Shown: positions 1-6,765 of the stretch, in pieces
How positions within the stretch are numbered: the stretch's first letter is position 1
Layout: each line of letters begins with the position of its first letter
Assembly (NCBI RefSeq): GCF_006345805.1
Contig: NW_021828701.1
Location: 1-7,490 of the forward strand
From: Octopus sinensis
Lineage: Eukaryota
Length of the DNA: 7,490 bases
Direction: 5' to 3'
Made by a program: the position numbers and the translations under genes
Notes under the pieces: model-generated
Told to the model about the DNA's origin: nothing
Database searches by the model: none
The model's input: the letters and a program-made list of their open reading frames with translations, nothing else

Positions 1-92
1 TATTATTATTATTAGTGGGTGTTGTTGTAGTAGTAGTAGTAGTAGTAGTAGCAGTAGTAGTAGTAGTATTAGTAGTAGTATTGTTGTTATAT
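1..92. repeat. Compound trinucleotide microsatellite (TAT/GTT/TAG)n
   Basis: Runs of tat, gtt and a long (tag)n tract read directly from the sequence. Confidence 0.95.
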
Positions 93-309
93 ATTTCTTT
101 ACTACTCACAGAGGGGACAAACAAGGACAGGCATAGGTATTAAGTCGATTACATCGACCCCCAGTGCGTAACTGGTACTTAATTTATCGACCCCGAAAGG
201 ATGAAAGGCAAAGTCGACCTCGGCGAAATTTGAACTCAGAATGTAACGGCAGACGAAATACGGCTACGCATTTCGCCCGGCGCGCTAACGATTCTGCCAG
301 CTCGCCGCC
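93..309 (-). mobile_element. tRNA-derived SINE, near full length, with 17-bp target-site duplication
   Basis: Minus strand has an A-box-like TGGCAGAATCGTTAG (285-299), a B-box-like GAGTTCAAATTTC (225-237) and a central GTCGACTTTGCCTTTCATCCTTTCGGGGTCGATAAATTAAGTACCAG domain that recurs at ~474-545 and ~5908-5978. It is flanked by the perfect direct repeat TAGTATTGTTGTTATAT at 76-92 and 310-326. From memory the central domain resembles the Meta/MESC SINE domain (unverified). Confidence 0.9.
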
Positions 310-398
310 TAGTATTGTTGTTATATCATCATCATCATTATTGTCTTTGCACAGCTTCTAACGCTGAAGATATATTACGATTTCAGCTGTTCATTACC

Positions 399-608
399 TA
401 TTTCTTTACTACCCACAAGGGGCTAAACACAGAGAGGACAAACAAGGACAGATAAACGGATTAAATCGATTTTATCGACCCCAGTGCGTAACTGGTACTT
501 ATTTCATCGACCCCGAAAGGATGAAAGGCAAAGTCGACCTCGGCGGAATTTGAGCGTAGCGCAGACGAAATACCGCAAAGCATTTCACCCGGTGTGCTAA
601 CGTTTCTG
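399..608 (-). mobile_element. Second copy of the same tRNA-derived SINE, slightly 5'-truncated, with 16-bp target-site duplication
   Basis: Near-identical central domain to 93-309 and the same 3' terminus (TAGTAAAGAAATA on minus). Perfect direct repeat TCAGCTGTTCATTACC at 383-398 and 609-624. The B-box region carries a deletion (tgagcgtagcgcagac vs tgaactcagaatgtaacggcagac). Confidence 0.9.
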
Positions 609-649
609 TCAGCTGTTCATTACCAGTGAACTAAGTAAGGTAATACCTC

Positions 650-796
650 TTATTTTTCGAGCACCTTCCGGATTATTCGAGCGGTTCCAAACAGTGCTGT
701 TTTCTGCAAGTGCTCCACCCTTGTTGCAGCCCCTATTTGTTCCACATACTTCTCGAGATTTTTGCTCACTGTTCCCAGGGCTCCGACAATTATTGG

Positions 797-799
<3 letters not shown>
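650..799 (-). pseudogene. C-terminal end of R4/Dong ORF (downstream of the endonuclease core), uninterrupted 49 codons plus TAA
   Basis: VPIIVGALGTVSKNLEKYVEQIGAATRVEHLQKTALFGTARIIRKVLEK*, with the stop at 650-652. Matches the P-I/V-I-x-GALG...LQK...GT..I.R terminus of R4-clade elements. Confidence 0.8.

Positions 800-836
<37 letters not shown>
798..836. repeat. (ACT)13 microsatellite at the LINE internal junction
   Basis: 13 perfect ACT units. They read as GTA (Val) codons in frame with the VPII motif on the minus strand. Confidence 0.95.
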
Positions 837-837
<1 letters not shown>

Positions 838-839
838 AT

Positions 840-1375
840 GTCCCTAGAAACAGTCTGTCAGTATCGCGTTTGGGGTGTAGTTCTTACTTAAATGTCATCA
901 CTTTTCTAGATTTCTTCAAGCTCGTTCTTTATCCACCCAACAAGACTTGCACCCTATCGCATTACGGAAACGTCCTATGTGTTCATTGCCCCGATCTTGC
1001 CTTTTCCATTGAGTATACTTCCAATAATTCACTTGGTTCTTCTGAGCTATTCTCGCTTAAAGCTTTCTTTTCATTTCACTTCCCTTGATTTTGTCATATA
1101 CTAAAATCCCCAAATATTTTATATCCATTCGTCTCAATATCCTTGATTTTCTCGCCATCAGACGACATTATTTTGCTTACCACATGATGTAGTCCCAAAT
1201 TCCATTCCGATATTCTTACTGAATATCTGTTCTGTTGAAACTAGGCCATTTATTTCACGTTCAGTCTTTCCAAAAATCTTTAAATCATCCACATATAACA
1301 AATTATTTAATTTTCTTCCACTTTTCAAGGTTTACCCCGATGTCACTTTCCGTTGTATTTGTGCGAGGGATATCC
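840..1375 (-). pseudogene. Reverse-transcriptase fragment of R4/Dong-type LINE (catalytic YVDD through thumb), with multiple stops and frameshifts
   Basis: ISLAQIQRKVTSG*TLKSGRKLNNLLYVDDLKIFGKTEREINGLVSTEQIFSKNIGMEFG (YVDD codons at 1284-1295). Then frameshifted SDGEKIKDIETNGYK/KYLGILVYDKIK, ESFKRE*LRRTK*IIGSILNGKGKIGAMNT*DVSVMR*GASLVGWIKNELEEI, and KVMTFK*ELHPKRDTDRL. Confidence 0.9.
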
Positions 1376-1387
1376 TACAAATTACAA

Positions 1388-1417
1388 ATTAACATCGAGA
1401 GAGGCATATTTCAAGAA
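1388..1417 (+). pseudogene. Inverted RT fragment (INIERGIFQE), corresponding to the RGIFQG(DSLSP) motif
   Basis: Plus-strand codons ATT AAC ATC GAG AGA GGC ATA TTT CAA GAA. This motif normally lies just N-terminal of the minus-strand segment that starts at ~1375, but here it is on the opposite strand. Confidence 0.65.
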
Positions 1418-1769
1418 GTACAAGTTCACATGCATACTTTGCAATAAGGCGATCCGTAGCTGTTCATTTTGCTGTCGATTATCGATCGTCGCAGATAATT
1501 CCTGACAAAATCACTGTTGGTTATTTAAGCAAACGTAGCTTGTGTTTGAATTAAATTCTAGAGACAAACTTTAGCAAAACCTTAATGTTGTCTCACGATC
1601 AAGGGGCTTCCAACACGCTGGACACCAATCGGAGATAATCGAGGGTTCGTGCTAACTTCCTGTTTCACTTCATTGGTTTTACTGAGCCTGAATGTACTTA
1701 GTTTCTATAAGAAGCCTGTAAAATTTGAAGTCGCAAGGAACCGAATCACAGGACTTTAAATAACTATCC

Positions 1770-1826
1770 ATACGTACACACATACACACAACCACAAACA
1801 CAACACACATATATTGTTGTTGTGTG

Positions 1827-1862
<36 letters not shown>

Positions 1863-2001
1863 TATTAAATATAAATATGTATATTTATATAAAAGTATAT
1901 TTATATATATATATATATACATACATACACACACACATATATATGCATGCATGTATGTATGTATGTATGTATGTATATATGTGTATATATATATATATAT
2001 C
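1770..2001. repeat. Compound (CA)n/(TA)n/(TATG)n microsatellite
   Basis: Read directly; accounts for the YIYI ORFs at 1764-2125. Confidence 0.95.
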
Positions 2002-2409
2002 ATGTGATATTACAGTTGAACGCTACAATGAAATGAATGTCCTTTTTTACATTCCAAATCTCTTTCCCCTCATCCTCATACCCTCACACACAGAGATATT
2101 ATATATTATATTTATATACATATGATATATGGTATACGGATATACACATGTATTCATATATGTGCCTTTATACATGTGCGTGTACGCATGCATCTGTATG
2201 TAACTTATCATACATAATTTCTGTTCTTTTTTTTTTTTTTTGTATTTTGTTTGTGTGTTTCCTTCTGCTTATGAATCCATATTTCTGCTCAGCTGAATGT
2301 AGAAAAATTTCATAATTTAAATAAAATACCGACTCTTTCGACATGCTTCCGTTGGTATAGGATACGAAGCATTAATAATAGAAAAATAACAACATACATT
2401 ATTGCTGTT

Positions 2410-2474
2410 ATTACTAGGATAATTATTATTGTTATTGTTATTATTATATTATTATAATTTCGATTATTTTTACA

Positions 2475-2525
<51 letters not shown>

Positions 2526-2622
2526 CACCATCATGTAAATTTATTTATGCATTTTATTATATGGTTATCTTCAAAAAACAATTATTTTACGTATCATTGT
2601 TATTATTATCATCTTCTTATTA

Positions 2623-2716
<94 letters not shown>

Positions 2717-2735
2717 GTTATTATTATTATTATTA
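2410..2735. repeat. (ATT)n microsatellite tracts
   Basis: Long perfect att runs at ~2477-2523 and ~2621-2735; account for the poly-I and poly-L ORFs. Confidence 0.95.
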
Positions 2736-2805
2736 ATTTAAGTAGAAGCAGGAGTAGAAATTATATTAGTAGTGCTGTCTTTTTTATTGTCCCTGTTGAT
2801 ATCAT

Positions 2806-2810
2806 ATGCG

Positions 2811-2861
<51 letters not shown>

Positions 2862-2960
2862 TATATATATATATATAAATTATAATATATTATATATATA
2901 TATATATCATACACATTTACACATTATATATATTTACAGTGTATACATATTTATATATAT
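2806..2960. repeat. (TA)n microsatellite and degenerate flank
   Basis: Perfect (AT)n at ~2820-2858 followed by degenerate TA/CA repeats. Confidence 0.95.
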
Positions 2961-3552
2961 GTAAGTTTTTTATTTTATTTTATTTGATTTTATGAAACCG
3001 ATGAAATTCCGCTGCAGTATGTATGTAGATAATGTACATACATTAAAAATCTCTCTGTTTTATTTTTATGATATATTTTTGAATCTCTGATGTTCCTGTT
3101 TTTATATGTATTTAATTTATTTTTCTATTGTCATAGAATATCTTCTATAAAAATTGATATTCTGCCAAGGATTGTGCACATTTCTGTATAAGTACAACAT
3201 TGCCGAAGTTGTTTTTGTTATGCATGAACAACACAATATATTAGTGGTGAGACGTTTGGGCGAAGGCGCTGTTACCAATTAGCTATCACGGGTCCCACAT
3301 CTACACTGGTCCAAGATGTTAATATCTCTCAAGATCCCCAGTTGTGGGTCAAATAGCAGAAGATATGTCTACTAGATCAGGTATGCTGCAGTCACCGGAC
3401 GGTTGATACATATACAGGTGTGACACAATATATTAATGTAAATAGAACTTGACTCCAGGTGAAATGCTCCACATTTCATACGGTTTAAATTGGCTCTATT
3501 AAGCCCAGAAATACGGGAAGACCCTCGTCGTCGCAACCGACGGAGTGCCATG

Positions 3553-3642
3553 ATATATATATGACGGGCATCTTCTATTTGTCGTCTAAGAAATCTATTC
3601 ACAAGGCTTTGCTCGGACCGACGCTATAGTAGAAGACACTTG
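3553..3642 (-). mobile_element. Internal fragment of a second SINE family (probably CORE-SINE type), lacking the tRNA head
   Basis: 3584-3642 aligns ungapped with 4418-4476 (37/59 identical by manual count). Minus-strand CAAGTGTCTTCTACTATAG resembles the CORE-type segment as recalled from octopus SINEs. Ends at a (TA)n run. Confidence 0.6.
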
Positions 3643-3689
3643 ACAATTCCAAATTTAGAGATTAGATTAATTTATTAATTTGGTACAAT

Positions 3690-3767
3690 TTCCAAGGCCA
3701 ATAATACTCGTCATCAAAACTGACACATATGTGTCGGCTTTGATGAGGAGTATTCTTGACCTTGGAA
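3690..3767. repeat. 78-bp imperfect palindrome with zero spacer
   Basis: 39-bp arms centred between 3728 and 3729 (GACACAT|ATGTGTC), with 34 Watson-Crick pairs, one G:T and four mismatches on the plus strand. A further 10-bp pair exists outside it (TATTAATTTG 3673-3682 / CAAATTAATA 3779-3788). Confidence 0.95.
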
Positions 3768-3845
3768 CCTATCTTTTTCAAATTAATACTGTAATATATA
3801 CAGCAATTTTCTTCCTCCGTTTTCCTTTCTATTGGACTTACCTCT

Positions 3846-3880
3846 GTTTCTGAAGAAGAGCGTTGCTCGAAACGTTAAAC
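3846..3880 (+). ncRNA. Minimal type I hammerhead ribozyme motif, intact core
   Basis: Helix I GTTT (3846-3849)/AAAC (3877-3880); core CTGAAGA (3850-3856) plus an extra A; helix II GAGC-gtt-GCTC (3858-3868); GAAA (3869-3872); self-complementary ACGT in place of helix III; GUU cleavage triplet (predicted cut after 3876). Confidence 0.7.
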
Positions 3881-4169
3881 CATATTTTTTTGCGTCCCTG
3901 ACCGTCTGCTAATACTTTACATGTAACACGTCTTCACGTTGTTAGTTCTTTTTTGTATGTGTTTACCTTCCTTTTTTGGATTTACGATATATATATGTAT
4001 TTCTTTTTTGGATTTGGTTTGCAAGAGTCAAGACTATTGAAAAGGTTGCAAGATGCAACGAAGATCTTAGGAAAATACAAATAAGGAATAAGTGGAAATT
4101 TTACCGGTGGGTGTGTTACATTATAAGGCACCAAAAAAGAAAATGACTCCCCCCCACCAGACACAACAG

Positions 4170-4196
<27 letters not shown>
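4170..4196. repeat. (TA)n microsatellite
   Basis: Perfect TA run read directly. Confidence 0.95.
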
Positions 4197-4201
<5 letters not shown>

Positions 4202-4336
4202 TTAAATGTTGAAGTGAATCTAACGGATTTTATGTGTTCCTTAAGTGGTTTATAAACACCTTCCACACTGCAATTGTTTTCGTTCCAGCACAGGATCTCA
4301 GATCAGGTCACTGCTATGCAAGTAAATCTCTGTAAT

Positions 4337-4402
4337 TATATATATCGATATATATAATATATATATATATAATATATATATATAATATATATATATATAT
4401 AT
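4337..4402. repeat. Degenerate (TA)n microsatellite
   Basis: TA run with a few interruptions. Confidence 0.95.
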
Positions 4403-4550
4403 AGTATAACAAGGTTTGTCTACAAAATCCACGCAGAAAGCATTGGTAGACCTCAGACCATTGTAAAAAATACTTTCCTTGTATACGCGCAGTGGGATTG
4501 AATCAGGAATCATGTGTTTGGAAAGCAAGCTTCTTACCACACAGACACAC
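4403..4550 (-). mobile_element. Diverged tRNA-headed SINE (second family, probably CORE-SINE type)
   Basis: Minus strand has an A-box-like GTCTGTGTGGTAAG (4533-4546) and a B-box-like GATTCAATCCC (4494-4504), followed by a body that aligns with 3584-3642. Ends in a (TA)n run. Confidence 0.7.
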
Positions 4551-4900
4551 CTATATAAAAGCATATTCAATATTCTATATAGAAATACATGTGCCAAAAC
4601 CTCGTACTTCTTATAGAAGTGCTGAAGAAGCCACGTGGTTCTAAAGAGGATAATACGCCAATATTTCCAAGTTGTCTTCACAGAATGACTAATCTAGGAA
4701 TCTGTGAATTGCCCCTAATGATGTGTGTATCCTAACACCATCAATTAATTAAGCTGTTGCAAACTGCTTCTGGGTGTAGGAAATAAAGGATTATTGAAGA
4801 ACTATATATTGCCCGCCAGTGACCAATATTTGGATATATTTTATTCTTTTTGCATTTAAATAACACGCTACAACTTACCATTTTTCTCTTATTCTTCCTT

Positions 4901-4951
4901 TACACACACGCACACACACACACACACATACACACACACACACACACACAT

Positions 4952-4998
<47 letters not shown>
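4901..4998. repeat. (CA)n-(TA)n compound microsatellite
   Basis: Read directly. Confidence 0.95.
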
Positions 4999-5003
<5 letters not shown>

Positions 5004-5059
5004 TAATGGTGTGTGTGTAGCAATTATATTGTAGCTACGCACATATATCCATACACAAC

Positions 5060-5082
5060 TGTATTTTGGTATATACTATACA

Positions 5083-5116
<34 letters not shown>

Positions 5117-5300
5117 TCATACAATATATATATGTATAGATAGAGAGATAGAGAGATAGATGCGAATGTATATATACATATTTTCATGCGTAAATGTAAA
5201 TATAGATGTATATTTATATACCTATTTTTGCACACATACACACATACAACACTCATATACACATGCACATACAACACAGAGACACGTATAAATATGCTCA
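5060..5300. repeat. Degenerate (TA)n/(TAGA)n/(CA)n low-complexity tract
   Basis: Read directly. Confidence 0.85.
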
Positions 5301-5549
5301 CATACTTCATAACCATTAAATGAGACAAGCAAAGACATATTCTTGGGAAATCTCCATGTTTGAGAATGTTTGGAAATTCATCATGTTCAGATGTATTTAT
5401 ACACCTCCGCATAAATGTATACACCTTCTGGCACATCCCTTGTTCCAAACGCATGTTTCTTTGTATGTACGTGTATATAATATATAATATTATATATTTT
5501 AAATATACGTACATACATGCATACATAGATACATACATACATATATATC

Positions 5550-5717
5550 TTTTTTCTCTCCCTTTTTTTGTCTCGTTGTTTTCTCTGCGTCCCTTTCTGT
5601 AGAAGAGCGTAGGCTCGAAACATAAAAGACTTTTTCTATTGCTGAGCGTTATACTAATACATCTGTTTGTTTTGTACACCATCTGTTTTCGTCTTTTTTT
5701 TTTCGTAAACTCTCCCT
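5550..5717 (+). mobile_element. Second hammerhead-bearing short repeat related to ~3820-3985, flanked by TA-rich repeats
   Basis: Shares TTTCTG[A/T]AGAAGAGCGT..GCTCGAAAC.T.AAA with the first copy, and a downstream CTGA.CGT...CTAATAC at similar spacing (33 vs 36 nt from the GAAAC). Confidence 0.55.
5593..5628 (+). ncRNA. Degenerate minimal type I hammerhead motif
   Basis: Helix I CTTT/AAAG; core CTGTAGA (A6 changed to T) plus an extra A; helix II GAGC-gtag-GCTC; GAAA; ACAT instead of ACGT; then A at the cleavage position. Confidence 0.5.
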
Positions 5718-5870
5718 ATATATACGTACATATACTTCCATATATAATTATATATGCTTTGTATAGGTATGTATATGTTTATAATGCATATAGAGGCTGT
5801 TAGGGATAAATTTGACGATTGCTTTGCCTTCATTTTTCGGAAAGATTTATGAATTTTTGTACAGGAAAAT

Positions 5871-5978
5871 TACTCTAGGTACAAGGAGGAGGGTGCCAGA
5901 CGATTATATCGACCCCAGTATGCAACTGGTACTTAATTAATCGACCCAGAAAGGTTGAAAGGCAAAATCGACCTCGGC
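5871..5978 (-). mobile_element. 5'-truncated, diverged copy of the first SINE family's central domain with a different 3' region
   Basis: CGATTATATCGACCCCAGTATGCAACTGGTACTTAATTAATCGACCCAGAAAGGTTGAAAGGCAAAATCGACCTCGGC (5901-5978) aligns with ~147-224. There is no tRNA head and no clear TSD. The left boundary is approximate. Confidence 0.8.
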
Positions 5979-6164
5979 AGTAATGCTGTAAATTTTGGTA
6001 TCAAAATGACTGTTATTTTTTTCTTAAGATGGCGGATATGACATACGATATCAGATAGTATATGACTTCTATTTCCAGCAGATGAAACAACCATAAACGG
6101 GCCACGTTCATAGGCTCGCACAACTAATTGAAGGTATTGTTCGTCCTGATGGTTGTAATGGTGG

Positions 6165-6283
6165 CGGTGGTGATGGTAATGATGGTGATAATGATGACGA
6201 TGGTGATACGAATGACTTCATAACATTCGTACGAGTTACATTGGTTGTACTATAACCAATTTGTTCCTACAATCATTGTTAGC

Positions 6284-6323
<40 letters not shown>

Positions 6324-6726
6324 ACGGTGGTTATTGTGTCGGTGGTGGTAGGGATGGCGGTAGTTGTGGGGTGTTGATGATCGACATAGTATTGTTGGTA
6401 GCGGTTGTAGCGATGCTCCTCCTTCTCCTACTACTTCTACTAATTGTGGTGGTGGTGGTGGTGGTGGTGGTGGTGGTGGTGGTAGTAGTAGTCGTAGCAG
6501 TGCAGCTGTTGCCAATAAGAGCCACGACCACACTAATTTCGACGGCAAACCAGCTCACTTATTGGAATACAATGGATTGCATTCAGCAGGGTGTAACTCA
6601 CTTAGCCCCGACTTCGACGCTGTCCATGTTTGTCAGCGCTGTCGTCATCACTGCCAGCACCATCGTCATCAGCATATTCCTCACCCACATCTTTTTCCCT
6701 CATCCGCATCATCATCAGCGTCGTCG

Positions 6727-6765
<39 letters not shown>

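Larger units (their letters stand above)
327..1417 (-). mobile_element. Degenerate R4/Dong-clade (restriction-like endonuclease) non-LTR retrotransposon remnant: 3' UTR, C-terminal coding piece, RT fragment and inverted 5' piece
   Basis: Minus-strand translation gives LNNLLYVDDLKIFGK...FSKNIGMEFG, YK/KYLGIL, LNGKGKIGAMNT, ELHPKRDTDRL and a C-terminal VPIIVGALG...LQKTALFGTARIIRKVLEK*. All match R4/Dong-type ORF motifs. The presumed 3' UTR runs from 649 to ~340, is interrupted by the SINE at 399-608, and ends in CAATAATGATGATG. Confidence 0.85.
3690..3985 (+). mobile_element. Putative Penelope-like-element terminal repeat (pseudo-LTR) fragment with inverted 5' junction
   Basis: Contains a minimal hammerhead motif, starts with a zero-spacer inverted duplication and ends at a (TA)n run. 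It shares motifs with 5550-5717. No PLE coding sequence is visible, so the assignment is inferential. Confidence 0.5.

Noticed and set aside
164-361. 65-aa plus-strand ORF
   Set aside because: Antisense read-through of the SINE.
330-412. Similarity between the LINE end (AAAGACAATA) and the SINE end (AAAGAAATA), suggesting a SINE-LINE partnership
   Set aside because: Too short and A-rich; the upstream tail sequences do not align.
2169-2193. 25-nt alternating purine-pyrimidine stretch (Z-DNA potential)
   Set aside because: Expected by-product of degenerate CA/TA/TG microsatellites, which are abundant here.
2220-2360. Polypyrimidine tract plus CAG at ~2289-2291 resembling a splice acceptor, and a small ATGCTTC/GAAGCAT hairpin (2343-2372)
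   Set aside because: The downstream peptide is unrecognisable, the donor is weak, and the hairpin is short enough to be chance.
1764-2860. ORFs of YIYI, poly-I and poly-L
   Set aside because: Stop-free reading of (TA)n, (CA)n and (ATT)n microsatellites, with no domain content.
3739-3770. TTGATGA-GGAG...GGAAC as a third hammerhead in the palindrome arm
   Set aside because: C3 is absent, there is no GAAA at the correct position, and no consistent helix II/helix I.
4606-4650. CTGAAGAA followed by the palindrome GCCACGTGGT
   Set aside because: Starts like a hammerhead core but lacks GAAA, the cleavage triplet and helix I.
6020-6140. YY1-like AAGATGGCGG (6026-6035) and a possible 55-nt exon at 6079-6133
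   Set aside because: The candidate exon has stops in all three frames, the ATG frame stops after nine codons, and a single motif is not enough evidence.
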